Assembly: GCA_965215605.1 (NCBI GenBank)
Contig: OZ244070.1
Coordinates: 1,600,001 to 1,664,000, forward strand
From: an uncultured Candidatus Binatia bacterium
GTDB lineage: Bacteria > Desulfobacterota > Binatia > UBA9968 > JAJDTQ01
DNA: 64,000 bases
Direction: 5' to 3'
Positions 9,204 through 19,353 of this stretch are shown piece after piece. Made by a program: the position numbers and the translations under genes. Position 1 is the stretch's first letter; the number at the start of each line of letters is the position of its first letter. Under the pieces are notes generated by a model that was given only the letters and a program-made list of their open reading frames with translations, had not been told where the DNA came from and did not search any database.

Positions 9204-10688
9204 CTACTTCATGAAGAAGCCCAGCGAGCCGGTGGTGTAGTCGAGCAACGGCCCCCAGTACACCCCCAGCACCAGGGTCAGCACCACGAGGGCTCCGAGC
9301 AGCGGCAGCGCGCTCGGGGTGGCGGCCACCGGACCGTCCTCGGGAGTGGGAGCGTCCAGGAACATGGTGCGGACGATCCGCACGTAGTAGTACAGCGAGA
9401 TGACCGTGTTGAGGAGGGCCACCACCGCGAGCACGTAGAACCCGGCGTGGATGATGGCGGCGAAGAGCAGGAACTTGCCGATGAATCCCGCCAGGGGCGG
9501 CAGGCCGGTGAGGGAGAAGAGGAACACCCCCATGCAGATGGCCGGGAACGCGGCGCCGCGCCAAGCCAGCCCGCGGTAGGCCTCCATGTCCTCGCGTCCG
9601 GTGGCGTTGGCCACCACCATCACCACCAGGAATGCCCCCAGGTTCATGATCAGGTACACCACCACGTAGAACAGCATGGCGGTGAGCCCGTCGTTGTTCA
9701 GCACCACCAGACCCATCATGATGTAGCCCGCGTGGGCGATGCCGGAGTAGGCCAGCAGCCGCTTGACGTTGTTCTGGTTGAGGGCCGAGAGGTTGCCCCA
9801 GGTCATGGTGACGATGCTCAGGACCACCAGAAGGTCCGTCCACTGCAACGCGGGAAACGCCTGGAACGTCCAGATCCCTTCCTGTCCCAGGGTGGACACG
9901 GCCGGGTAGAAGAAGCGGATCAGGATGGCCAGACCGGCGGCGTTGGAGGCCACCGAAAGGAAACCGGTGAAGGGCGTCGGAGCCCCCTGGTACACGTCCG
10001 GCGACCACATGTGGAAGGGCGCGAAGGCCATCTTGTAGCCGAACCCGGCCAGGATGAACACGAAGGCGATGAAAAGGCCGGCCTGATTGCCGTCGCCCTG
10101 GGATATGGCCGCGTTGATGGCGGCGTAGTCCAGGCTGCCGGCCATGCCGAACACCCAACTCATGCCGTAGATCATGGTGCCGGAGGCCACCCCGCCGTAG
10201 ATCAGGTACTTGAGCGCCGCTTCCGCCGAGCGCCGGTTGTGCGGCAGCATACCGGTCAGGATGTAGGACGTCAGGCTCACCAGCTCCAGGCCGAGGTAGG
10301 CCATCAGCAGGTTGTTGCCCGAGGCCATGAAGAACATGCCGAAGCCGCAGGTCAGCAGCACGATGTAGTACTCGCCCAGGTGTACCTGCCGGACCTCGCC
10401 GGAACCGATGGACATCCAGATGGCGGCCACCAGCGCCACCAGGGTCAGCACCTTGAAGAACAGGGCGAAGTTGTCCAGCGCCACCATGCGGTGGAAGAGC
10501 AGCGTGGGCTCCGTGCCGTAAAGCTCCACGGTGGCGCCCAGGGCGGCCAGGCATCCGGCCGCGCCCACGTAGGCCAAGAGCCGCTTGTTGGCCACCACCA
10601 GGTCCAGGACCGTCAGCAGGATGATGGTTCCCGCGAGGACGATCTCCGGATGGAACAGCTTGAGGCTTGCGAGGTTACCGAGGTCCAT
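9204..10688 (-). CDS. nuoN: NADH-quinone oxidoreductase subunit N
   Basis: EAALKYLIYG, PFHMWSPDVYQGAP, KRLLAYSGIAHAG. Confidence 0.95.
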   Translation of the reverse strand: MDLGNLASLKLFHPEIVLAGTIILLTVLDLVVANKRLLAYVGAAGCLAALGATVELYGTEPTLLFHRMVALDNFALFFKVLTLVALVAAIWMSIGSGEVRQVHLGEYYIVLLTCGFGMFFMASGNNLLMAYLGLELVSLTSYILTGMLPHNRRSAEAALKYLIYGGVASGTMIYGMSWVFGMAGSLDYAAINAAISQGDGNQAGLFIAFVFILAGFGYKMAFAPFHMWSPDVYQGAPTPFTGFLSVASNAAGLAILIRFFYPAVSTLGQEGIWTFQAFPALQWTDLLVVLSIVTMTWGNLSALNQNNVKRLLAYSGIAHAGYIMMGLVVLNNDGLTAMLFYVVVYLIMNLGAFLVVMVVANATGREDMEAYRGLAWRGAAFPAICMGVFLFSLTGLPPLAGFIGKFLLFAAIIHAGFYVLAVVALLNTVISLYYYVRIVRTMFLDAPTPEDGPVAATPSALPLLGALVVLTLVLGVYWGPLLDYTTGSLGFFMK

Positions 10689-10694
10689 TTTGCG

Positions 10695-12215
10695 CTACGA
10701 CAGGTGCGAGATCACCATCTGGTTGATGTTGTTGAGCGAGGCCTGGAGCAGGTCGAGCACCACCCGCGGGTAGACGCCGACGATGACCACGATCACTCCC
10801 AGCGGGAACAGCGTGAAGATCTCGCGGCCGTTGATGTCCGGCAGCGAACGGTACTTCTCGTTGGGCGGGCCGAGATAGACGCGCTGCATCATCCACAGCA
10901 TGTAGCCCGCGGTGATGACGATGCCCAGGGCCGCGATGATGGTCAGCGCATGGTACCTGGGCCAGGCCCCCAGCAGCACCAGCACCTCGGAGACGAAGCC
11001 CGAGAGCCCCGGAAGCCCCATGGAGGCGAAGAACGCCAGTGCCGTGAAACCAGCGTACACCGGCATGATGCCCGCCAGCCCGCCGAAGCCGTCGATGTCG
11101 CGGTGATGCGCACGGTCGTAGATCACGCCCACGAGCAGGAAGAGCATGGCGGTGATGGTGCCGTGGTTGAACATCTGCAGCACCGCGCCGTTGATGCCCT
11201 GGGTGTTGAAGGCCGCCATCCCCAGCATGACGTAGCCCATGTGGCTGACGCTGGAGTAGGCCACCAGCTTCTTCATGTCCGTCTGCGCCATGGCGCAGAG
11301 GCCGCCGTAGACGATGTTCCAGGCGCCGAGGGCGGCCAGGAACCAGAACGCGAGGTCGGCGGTGGCCGCCGGCAGCATCGGGTAATTGATCCGCAGGATG
11401 CCGTAGGTGCCCATCTTCAGGAGGATGCCCGCCAGAATCACGGAGATGGCGGTGGGCGCTTCCACGTGGGCGTCGGGCAGCCAGGTGTGGAACGGGAAGG
11501 CCGGGATCTTGATGGCGAAGCCGATGAACAGCGCCATCCACACCACATGCTGGAAGCCCCAGCCCCACACGTTGAACGGCCACATGGCCAGCGGCGTGGT
11601 GCTGTAGAGGCTGCTCCGGTCCATGAGCTTGGTCATGTCGAAGGTGTTGGGCTCGGAGTAGAAGTAGAGCGCCAGGATCGCGACCAGCATGAGCACGCTG
11701 CCCAGCAGCGTGTAGAGGAAGAACTTGATGGCGGCGTATTCCTTCCGCGGGCCGCCCCAGATGCCGATGAGGAAGTACATGGGAAGCAGCATGACTTCCC
11801 AGAAGACGTAGAAGAGCACGAAATCCAGCGCCACGAACACACCTGTCATGCCGGTGTCCAGGAGCAGGAACAGCGCGAAATAACCCTTGACCCCCTTGTC
11901 GATGCCCCAGGAAGCGAAGATGCAGAGAAAGGAGAGCAACGCCGTCAGCAGCACCATGGAGACGCTGAGGCCGTCGACCCCGATGAAGTATTCGATGTTG
12001 AACGCGGGGATCCAGGCTGCCCGCTCGACGAACTGCATGCCGGCGGTGGTGGTGTCGAAATTGGCGTACAGCCAGACCCCCAGTATGAGCGGCGGCACCG
12101 TGGCCGCGGCCGAAACCCAGCGAATGAGATCATGGCGCCCGCTGGGCAGGATCAGCACCACCAGCATCCCGGCCAGGGGGAAGAAGACCATGTAGCTCAG
12201 CACATGTTCGGTCAT
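10695..12215 (-). CDS. nuoM: NADH-quinone oxidoreductase subunit M
   Basis: FYVFWEVMLLP, PFHTWLPDAHVEAP, KKLVAYSSVSHMG. Confidence 0.95.
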   Translation of the reverse strand: MTEHVLSYMVFFPLAGMLVVLILPSGRHDLIRWVSAAATVPPLILGVWLYANFDTTTAGMQFVERAAWIPAFNIEYFIGVDGLSVSMVLLTALLSFLCIFASWGIDKGVKGYFALFLLLDTGMTGVFVALDFVLFYVFWEVMLLPMYFLIGIWGGPRKEYAAIKFFLYTLLGSVLMLVAILALYFYSEPNTFDMTKLMDRSSLYSTTPLAMWPFNVWGWGFQHVVWMALFIGFAIKIPAFPFHTWLPDAHVEAPTAISVILAGILLKMGTYGILRINYPMLPAATADLAFWFLAALGAWNIVYGGLCAMAQTDMKKLVAYSSVSHMGYVMLGMAAFNTQGINGAVLQMFNHGTITAMLFLLVGVIYDRAHHRDIDGFGGLAGIMPVYAGFTALAFFASMGLPGLSGFVSEVLVLLGAWPRYHALTIIAALGIVITAGYMLWMMQRVYLGPPNEKYRSLPDINGREIFTLFPLGVIVVIVGVYPRVVLDLLQASLNNINQMVISHLS

Positions 12216-12252
12216 TTTCGCATCTCTCCTATCCGACTCTCTCCGATCTGAA

Positions 12253-14286
12253 TCAGCTCCAGTAGCGCAGCTTGACGATCAGGGCGACGACCACGGCTCC
12301 TACCACCACGTAGAGGTAGCTGTTGATGTTCCCGGTCTGGACCCTGCGGAAATTGTTGCCCACCGCGAAGGTCACGTTGGCCACCGCGTTGACCAGCATG
12401 TCGATGACGTACCTGTCGAACAGGCCGTTGAACCAGGAAATGACGATGGTGACCCTGGCCGTTCCATCCACGATGGTGTCGATGATGTAGCGGTCGAACG
12501 CCGCTCCGATCCGCGCCAGCAGCAAGGTGCCGCCGACGAAGACGAACTGGTAGACCTCGTCCACGTAGTACTTGTTGAACAATATGCGGTACGCGAATCC
12601 CTTGGCCTCCGGCGACTCATCCCGGGACGGGGTGCGGACGTAGTACAGGAACCACGCCAGCGCCACCCCCGCGGCGGCGGCGGCAATGGACACGCTCATG
12701 ACCCCGATCTCTTCCATCACCGCATGATGCTCGCCATGGGGGACGTGGATCACCGGATCGAGCCACTGGTCGAGCATGCTGCCGCCCATGAACGCCGGCA
12801 GCCCAAGGTAGCCCACGACGACCGAGCCGGCCGCGAGGATCCACAGCGGCCAGGTCATGATCTTCGGAGACTCGTGCAGGTGCTCCTGCACGTGGTGGTC
12901 GGCGCGGCATTCGCCGAAGAACACCATGAAGAACTGGCGGAACATGTAGAAGGCCGTGAGCCCCGCCACGAACACCGCCACGCCCCAGAGCAACTGGTTG
13001 TGAGTGGCCCAGGCCTGCCACAGGATCGCGTCCTTGGAGAAGAAGCCCGCCAGAAACGGCGTTCCGGCAATGGCCAGGACCGCGATGGCGAAGGTCCGGA
13101 AGGTCGCCGGCATCACCTTCCTCAAGCCGCCCATCTGCCGCATGTCCTGCTCCCCCTGCATGGCGTGGATGATGCTTCCGGAGCCGAGGAAGAGACAGGC
13201 CTTGAAGAACGCGTGGGTCAGCAGATGGAAGACGCCGGCGGAGTAGGCGGTCACCCCCATGGCCAGGAACATGTAGCCGAGCTGGCTGATGGTGGAGTAG
13301 GCCAGCACCCGCTTGATGTCGGTCTGGGTCACGGCGACGGTGGCGGCGAAAAAGGCCGTGGCGGCTCCCACCACCGCGATGATCTGCAGGGTCGCGGGGG
13401 CCGCCGAGAACAGCCCGTTGAGCCGCGCGATCATGTAGACCCCGGCCGTCACCATGGTGGCGGCGTGGATCAGCGCGCTCACGGGGGTCGGGCCCTGCAT
13501 GGCGTCCGGCAACCACACGTAGAGCGGGATCTGCGCCGACTTGCCGGTGGCGCCGATGAACAGCAGGATGGTCACGAGCGTCGCCACGCCGACGCCCCAG
13601 AGCTCCAGGTTGGCCAGGAGCCCCACGTGCTCCGCGATCTCGCGGAACACCAGCGTGCCCTGGCCTTGCCCGGACAACGTCCAGTAGAGCAGGAAGATGC
13701 CCAGCACGAAGCCGAAGTCGCCGATCCGGTTGACGATGAAGGCCTTGTTGCCGGCCCGGGTGTTGGTGTGGTCGGTGTACCAGAAGCCGATGAGCGCCCA
13801 GGAGCACAGCCCCACGCCCTCCCAGCCCACGAACATCACGAGCAGGTTGTCGCCGGTCACCAGCAGGAGCATGGAGAAGGTGAACAGGTTCAGGTAGGCG
13901 AAGTAGCGCCACATGGACCGGTCGTCGTGCATGTAGCCGATGGAGTAGAAGTGGATCAGTCCGCCGATGCCGCTCACCACCAGGATCATGATGGCCGACA
14001 GCGGGTCCACCCAGAACGCCACGTCCACGCTGAAGGAGCCCATGGGGATCCACGTGTAGAACGGGTCGATGAGGAAGCGTTCCTTTGCCGGCAGCGCCAG
14101 CAGCCGGCCGAAGGCCCACAGCGAGAGCAGGAAGGACAGGGTCACCGGGGCGCAGGCGATGAAGGCCACCATGCGCTTGCCCGCGCGTTCCTGTATGCGC
14201 GCCCCGAGCAGACCGTTCACCGCCGCGCCCAGCAGCGGGAACAGCACGATCCAGCGCAGAAAATCGGTTTGAACGGGGTGATCCAT
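12253..14286 (-). CDS. nuoL: NADH-quinone oxidoreductase subunit L
   Basis: GWEGVG, GKSAQIPLYVWLPDAMQGPTPVSALIHAATMV, long C-terminal lateral helix region. Confidence 0.95.
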   Translation of the reverse strand: MDHPVQTDFLRWIVLFPLLGAAVNGLLGARIQERAGKRMVAFIACAPVTLSFLLSLWAFGRLLALPAKERFLIDPFYTWIPMGSFSVDVAFWVDPLSAIMILVVSGIGGLIHFYSIGYMHDDRSMWRYFAYLNLFTFSMLLLVTGDNLLVMFVGWEGVGLCSWALIGFWYTDHTNTRAGNKAFIVNRIGDFGFVLGIFLLYWTLSGQGQGTLVFREIAEHVGLLANLELWGVGVATLVTILLFIGATGKSAQIPLYVWLPDAMQGPTPVSALIHAATMVTAGVYMIARLNGLFSAAPATLQIIAVVGAATAFFAATVAVTQTDIKRVLAYSTISQLGYMFLAMGVTAYSAGVFHLLTHAFFKACLFLGSGSIIHAMQGEQDMRQMGGLRKVMPATFRTFAIAVLAIAGTPFLAGFFSKDAILWQAWATHNQLLWGVAVFVAGLTAFYMFRQFFMVFFGECRADHHVQEHLHESPKIMTWPLWILAAGSVVVGYLGLPAFMGGSMLDQWLDPVIHVPHGEHHAVMEEIGVMSVSIAAAAAGVALAWFLYYVRTPSRDESPEAKGFAYRILFNKYYVDEVYQFVFVGGTLLLARIGAAFDRYIIDTIVDGTARVTIVISWFNGLFDRYVIDMLVNAVANVTFAVGNNFRRVQTGNINSYLYVVVGAVVVALIVKLRYWS

Positions 14287-14322
14287 GGCGAAGCTACTCG
14301 TGAAGGCTGACGAATCGGCCGG

Positions 14323-14655
14323 CTAATCCTTGAGCGTCTCGGTGGCCTCGACGTCGATGGTGGCAAAGAGCTGATAGATGGCGAGGACGATGGCCAAGCC
14401 GATGGCGGCCTCGGACGCCGCCAGCATGATGATGAAAACGGTGTAGATCTGCCCGTCGACGCTTCCGGTGCTGAAGTGCGAGAACGCGACGTAGTTCAGG
14501 CCGGCGGAGTTCAGGATCAGCTCGACTCCCAGAAGGATGCTGATGGCGTTGCGCCGGGTGAGAACGATGTAGATGCCCAGCGCGAACAGGATGCCCGCCA
14601 CCACCAGGTAGTGCTCCAGTCCGACCTTCGTCAACATTGCAACGTATGCAGCCAT
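14323..14655 (-). CDS. nuoK: NADH-quinone oxidoreductase subunit K
   Basis: RRNAISILLGVELILN, AASEAAIGLA; alternative ATG at 14637. Confidence 0.93.
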   Translation of the reverse strand: MAAYVAMLTKVGLEHYLVVAGILFALGIYIVLTRRNAISILLGVELILNSAGLNYVAFSHFSTGSVDGQIYTVFIIMLAASEAAIGLAIVLAIYQLFATIDVEATETLKD

Positions 14656-14666
14656 CTCGCGAAACT

Positions 14667-15173
14667 CTATTCCTTGATTTCCTTGCGCGACAGCGTGATG
14701 GCGCCGATGAGGGCCACCAGCAGCACCACCGCGGCGATCTGGAACGGCAGCAGGTAGTCGCGGAGGAAAAGGTTGCCGATCATCGCCGTGGTGGGCTCGT
14801 ACGCCACTTCCTTGACCTTCACCCAGTCGGTCCGGCCGATGGCGTAGATCAGGATGCCCAGGAACACCGCCACCGCCACGAGCCCGGGAATCCGGCCCAC
14901 CGTGCGGTTGGTGATGTCGATGTCACTGATCCGGTGGGTCAGCATCACCGCGAACAGGATCAGCACCAGAATGCCGCCGACGTAGATCAACACCTGCACC
15001 GCCGCCACGAAGTCCGCGCCCAGGAACACGTAGAGCCCGGCCACGCCGCCGAAGGTGCCCAGCAGCGAAAAGGCCGAATGCACGATGTTGCGCGAGAACG
15101 CCACGATGCAGGCAGACCCGACCACGACGAGCGAAACCAGATAGAAGATGAGGACGTCTAAGGAAATCTCCAT
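14667..15173 (-). CDS. nuoJ: NADH-quinone oxidoreductase subunit J
   Basis: NIVHSAF, QVLIYVGGILVLILFAVML, YLLPF. Confidence 0.93.
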   Translation of the reverse strand: MEISLDVLIFYLVSLVVVGSACIVAFSRNIVHSAFSLLGTFGGVAGLYVFLGADFVAAVQVLIYVGGILVLILFAVMLTHRISDIDITNRTVGRIPGLVAVAVFLGILIYAIGRTDWVKVKEVAYEPTTAMIGNLFLRDYLLPFQIAAVVLLVALIGAITLSRKEIKE

Positions 15174-15291
15174 GATCAAAACACCCTTTAACGGGGATAC
15201 TGGCGGCTCGCACAGGCCACGCGCCGTAGCGGCGGGGCCGGGAGCCTGTCCGACGAAGAGTCCTGCGAACCCCGAGATGGCCGGCGGACCG

Positions 15292-15831
15292 TCAGTTTTC
15301 CGGCTCGGCCACCTCGTCCATGTACCTCTTTCCGATTTCCACCTTCTGAATCATTCGGGGTTCCGTCTCCCCACCCTTCTGCGGCTTGTAAAGAGGCACT
15401 TTCTCGGTGATGAAATGCCGCACCAGACCGGCGGGATTGTTGCAGGCGCCCTCGAACTCCTGCGTGTGACGGATGGATCCCGTGGGGCAGGCCTCCATGC
15501 ACAGCCCACAATACATGCACTTGCATATGTCGATGTCAAATTGGCTGAAGTCGCGCTGCTTCGTCTCCTTGTTCATCTCGATGCCGATGGCGATGCAGTT
15601 GATCGGGCACACCCGCTCACACGCCAGGCAGCCGGTGCAGATGTCCATGTCGACCTCGAGGATGCCCCGGTAGCGCAACGGCAGGGTCGCCTGCACCTGC
15701 TGCGCGATGCGGTCGGGATACTGCACCGTCGACGGCTCGCGGACGAAGTGGGAGAAGGTGATGGTCATCCCCTCGAAGATGCTCACCACCGTGTCTTTGA
15801 CGTTCTGGAAGTATTCGATGACTCCGTTCAT
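15292..15831 (-). CDS. nuoI: NADH-quinone oxidoreductase subunit I
   Basis: 3' part of track ORF 15292..16923, ATG at 15831 (MNGVIEYF). TVQYP, RYRG and two 4Fe-4S motifs, CTGCLACERVCP and CMYCGLCMEACP. Confidence 0.93.
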   Translation of the reverse strand: MNGVIEYFQNVKDTVVSIFEGMTITFSHFVREPSTVQYPDRIAQQVQATLPLRYRGILEVDMDICTGCLACERVCPINCIAIGIEMNKETKQRDFSQFDIDICKCMYCGLCMEACPTGSIRHTQEFEGACNNPAGLVRHFITEKVPLYKPQKGGETEPRMIQKVEIGKRYMDEVAEPEN

Positions 15832-15857
15832 GGACGTTTCCCCGCCGATCCTGGATC

Positions 15858-17060
15858 CTACACGTACGGCTTGAAATAGAGGGTGGGGCGCGAGTGCATG
15901 ATCTGGAAGACCACCCGCCAAACGAAATAAAGCACGACGAGACACGACACCGCCAACGTGGCGAGCGTCAACGTCATGTTCCCCTCGGGCCAGATCACCA
16001 AGAACAGGATGGTGCCGAAGAGACAGATGAACGTGATGGGCACCATGTACTTCCAGCACATGGCCATGAGCTGGTCCACCCGCACCCGCGGCAGGGTGCC
16101 GCGCACCCACATGGCGACGAAGGCCCAGAGATACGCCTTGACGAAGAAAACCGCGAACTCCAGCACGCCCTTGAGCAGCGGGTGTTCGGCCATGGTCATC
16201 CCGAAGATCGTCGCCGGGATCTGCCAGCCGCCGAGGAACAGGGTCGCGGCAATGGCGCCGATGACATACAGGTTGCCCCACTCCGCGAAGAAGAAGAACA
16301 GGAAGCGCATGCCGCTGTACTCGGTGACGTAGCCGGCCACCAGCTCGGATTCGGCTTCGGGAATGTCGAACGGCGTGCGGTTGCCCTCGGCCAACGCGGA
16401 AATGAAGAACATGAAAAAGGCGACCAGCGTGAAGGGGTTGTAGAAGATGAACCACTCCCAGGGGGCCCAGCCCTGGGCCTGGATGATCCCCTGCATGCTG
16501 AGCGTGCCCGACAGGAAGATCACCGTGAGCACGGAAAGGCCGGCGGGGATCTCGTAGCTGACGATCTGCGCGGCCGAGCGCATGCCCCCAAGGAGCGACC
16601 ACTTGTTGTTGGAGGACCAGCCCGCCATCAGGATCCCCACCACCACCAGGGAGGTGATGGCCAACAGATAGAGGATGCCGATGTTGAGGTCCGCGGGGAT
16701 CAGCCAACTGCCGAAGGGGATCACCACGAAGGCGCCCAGGAACCCCGAGAAGACGATGTACGGCGCCAGCAGGAAGAGCTTCCTGTCGGCGGACGCCGGG
16801 ATGATGTCCTCTTTCTGGATGTTCTTGACGCCGTCCGCGAGCCACTGGAGCAAGCCCTGGGGCCCCACCCGGTTGGGGCCGACCCGGGACTGCATGCGCG
16901 CCCAGACGCGCCGTTCCAGCCAACTGGTCACGCCGGCCAGCGGCGCCACGAAGGCGGACAGAACGACGAAGGCCACCGCCACAGCCGCCAGGGCATAGGC
17001 CAGAGCCACCGGAACGGCGCCCGGCAACAACGTCGCGATCAGGTCTTGTACGGTATTCAT
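15858..17060 (-). CDS. nuoH: NADH-quinone oxidoreductase subunit H
   Basis: ERRVWARMQSRVGPNRVG, NRTPFDIPEAESELVAG, PRVRVDQLM. Confidence 0.95.
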   Translation of the reverse strand: MNTVQDLIATLLPGAVPVALAYALAAVAVAFVVLSAFVAPLAGVTSWLERRVWARMQSRVGPNRVGPQGLLQWLADGVKNIQKEDIIPASADRKLFLLAPYIVFSGFLGAFVVIPFGSWLIPADLNIGILYLLAITSLVVVGILMAGWSSNNKWSLLGGMRSAAQIVSYEIPAGLSVLTVIFLSGTLSMQGIIQAQGWAPWEWFIFYNPFTLVAFFMFFISALAEGNRTPFDIPEAESELVAGYVTEYSGMRFLFFFFAEWGNLYVIGAIAATLFLGGWQIPATIFGMTMAEHPLLKGVLEFAVFFVKAYLWAFVAMWVRGTLPRVRVDQLMAMCWKYMVPITFICLFGTILFLVIWPEGNMTLTLATLAVSCLVVLYFVWRVVFQIMHSRPTLYFKPYV

Positions 17061-17068
17061 CTCTCAGC

Positions 17069-18205
17069 CTAGCGGTCGATCTCGGGAGCGTCCACGTCCA
17101 GGCTCGCGATCAGCGCGATCAGGTCGGCCACCATGATCCCCGGACTGATCTTGTCGATGATGCTCATGGCCGTGAACGAGCCGGTGCGTATCCTCACGCG
17201 GTAGGGGTACTCGCTGCCGTCGCTGACCACGTAGTAGCCCATGTCCCCGCGCGGCGCCTCGATGCGCACGTAGGTCTCGCCCGCCGGCGGCTTGAACTTG
17301 CGCGCCACCTTGGCGATGGCCGGGCCGTCGGGCATCTTGTCGAAGCACTGGCGGAGAATCTTGCAGCTCTCCATCAACTCCCGTATCCGGACGTAGTAGC
17401 GGTCGTAGGAATCGCCCAAGGTGCCGCGCTCGCCGCGTCCCACCGGAACCTCGAAGTCCAGGTCCGGATAGGCCGAGTAGGGAATGTCCCGGCGGATGTC
17501 CCACCGGACCCCGGACGCCCGCAGGTTGGGGCCCACGAGGTTGTACTGGAGCGCGTCCTCCCTGGAGATCACCGCGACGTTGGCCAGCCGCTCGATGAAG
17601 ATCTTGTTGTAGGACAGCAGCCGGTTGTACTCGTCGACGATGGGTTCGAAGTGGTCCAGGAACGCGGTGATGCGCTTGCACGTCTCCGGCTTGATATCGT
17701 AGCCGACGCCGCCGATGCGCAGGTAGTTGTAGGTGAGGCGAGCGCCGCAGATCTCCTCCATGAGGTCATTGATGGTCTCCCGCTCCCGGAGCGCATGCAG
17801 GAAGGGGGTGATGGCGCCGATGTCCTGCCCGAAGGTGCCCACCGCGATGAGGTGACTGGCAATGCGGTTGAGCTCGCAGGCGATGACCCGGCAATACTCG
17901 CCGCGGGGCGGCACCTCGACGTTGGCCAGCCGCTCCGCCGCCATGCAGAAGCCCTGGTTGGCGAACATGGCGGCCAGATAGTCGGCCCGGTCGGTGTAGG
18001 GAACGTAGCCGTGCCAAGTGCACTTCTCGCCGATCTTCTCGATGGAGCGGTGCAGGTAGCCGACGTCCGGGATGGCTTCGTTGATGACCTCCCCGTCCGT
18101 CTTGACCACGAACCGCAGCACCCCGTGGGTGCTCGGATGCTGCGGACCCACGTTCAGGGTCATGTCTTCGGTGTGCAAGCCGGTGCGTTCGGCGACCTCA
18201 GCCAT
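17069..18205 (-). CDS. nuoD: NADH-quinone oxidoreductase subunit D
   Basis: [29 protein letters not shown]-terminal EIDR. No NiFe-binding CxxC pairs. Confidence 0.95.
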   Translation of the reverse strand: MAEVAERTGLHTEDMTLNVGPQHPSTHGVLRFVVKTDGEVINEAIPDVGYLHRSIEKIGEKCTWHGYVPYTDRADYLAAMFANQGFCMAAERLANVEVPPRGEYCRVIACELNRIASHLIAVGTFGQDIGAITPFLHALRERETINDLMEEICGARLTYNYLRIGGVGYDIKPETCKRITAFLDHFEPIVDEYNRLLSYNKIFIERLANVAVISREDALQYNLVGPNLRASGVRWDIRRDIPYSAYPDLDFEVPVGRGERGTLGDSYDRYYVRIRELMESCKILRQCFDKMPDGPAIAKVARKFKPPAGETYVRIEAPRGDMGYYVVSDGSEYPYRVRIRTGSFTAMSIIDKISPGIMVADLIALIASLDVDAPEIDR

Positions 18206-18220
18206 GAGTTCCTTCCTTCG

Positions 18221-18727
18221 TCAACGCATGTTCTCCGGAACCAGCGGCTCGCGCTCGGTGCTGATGCCGTCGTACTCTTCCTGCTCCACGAAGTCCTTGC
18301 GCAGGGGATAACCGACCCAGTCTTCCGGCAGCAGGATCCGGCGCAGGTCGGAATGCCCTTCGAAGACGACGCCGAAGAGGTCGAACACCTCCCGCTCGAA
18401 CCAGTTGGCGACCTTCCAGACGTCTTCCACCGTGGCGATCCGGGGCGCATCCCGGTCCACGTCCGCCTTGACCACGATCTCCTGCCGGGGCTCGTAGGAG
18501 TACAGATGGTAGACGACCCGGATGACGTTGTCCGTCGGGAGATCCACCGCGGTGAGGTCGGAGAGCACGCCGAGCTTCAGCGCGTCGTCGTCCCGCAACG
18601 CCAGACAGACCTCCTTGAGGCTGGCCGGTTTCACCTTGAAGAACGGCTCCAGGCCCTGCTCGTCGAGGTCCTCCACGCCGCCGGGGCAAAGCTGTCGGAC
18701 GCGCTCGTGTATCTCTTTTGCCGTCAT
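18221..18727 (-). CDS. nuoC: NADH-quinone oxidoreductase subunit C
   Basis: ANWFEREVFDLFG, DLRRILLPEDWVGYPLRKD. Confidence 0.93.
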   Translation of the reverse strand: MTAKEIHERVRQLCPGGVEDLDEQGLEPFFKVKPASLKEVCLALRDDDALKLGVLSDLTAVDLPTDNVIRVVYHLYSYEPRQEIVVKADVDRDAPRIATVEDVWKVANWFEREVFDLFGVVFEGHSDLRRILLPEDWVGYPLRKDFVEQEEYDGISTEREPLVPENMR

Positions 18728-18769
18728 GTCGTCGTTACCTGCCTGGTGGCCTGGCCGTCCGCGCCGCCG

Positions 18770-19147
18770 CTAGTTCTTCACCCACTCCAGGTCGCCCTTG
18801 CACCAGTCGTAGATGAGGCCCAGGAACACGATGAGGGTGAAGACGGCGATGGCGCCGAAGGCGAACAGACCGGCGTCGTTCTGAAGCCAGTCGCGGAAGA
18901 CGACGGCCACCGGGAAGATGAAGGCGATCTCCACCTCGAAGATGATGAAGATCAGGGCGATGAAGTAGAACCGGACGTTGAAGTTGACCCACGCGCTTCC
19001 GGACGCGGGCTCGCCGCACTCATAGGTGGAGAGTTTCCTGAGCTGGGGATTGTTGGGCCGCAGCAGGCGGCCGATCAACAGGTTCACCCAGACGAAGGCC
19101 GCACCCAACAAAGTGAAACACAGCACGCTGGCGAAGTCGAAAAGCAT
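18770..19147 (-). CDS. nuoA: NADH-quinone oxidoreductase subunit A
   Basis: KLSTYECG, FIIFEVEIAF, KGDLEW. Confidence 0.93.
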   Translation of the reverse strand: MLFDFASVLCFTLLGAAFVWVNLLIGRLLRPNNPQLRKLSTYECGEPASGSAWVNFNVRFYFIALIFIIFEVEIAFIFPVAVVFRDWLQNDAGLFAFGAIAVFTLIVFLGLIYDWCKGDLEWVKN

Positions 19148-19194
19148 TTTTCCTCGGGTAAGATAAAGAAATCAATAACCTTTTGCAGAGGGTC

Positions 19195-19224
19195 ACTATA
19201 TACACAAAAGCCATTCCCGGTCAA
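19195..19224 (-). promoter_or_regulatory. putative sigma70 promoter of nuo cluster
   Basis: Minus strand TTGACC (19224-19219), 18 nt, TATAGT (19200-19195), in an AT-rich stretch upstream of nuoA. Confidence 0.55.
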
Positions 19225-19353
19225 CAAACCGGCCCCTGCGCTCCGCCGGCCTCCTTACACTGCCCAACCATTCCTGTTACCTTGCTCCCGAGAGTCGCGG
19301 CCCCGGCAATCCACGGCCGCCGCCACCCCGCAAAATGGGAGAGATGAACCGCC

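Noticed and set aside
17069-18205. NuoD as a group 4 [NiFe]-hydrogenase large subunit
   Set aside because: It lacks both CxxC nickel-binding motifs and has the quinone-site GPQHPSTHG of complex I.
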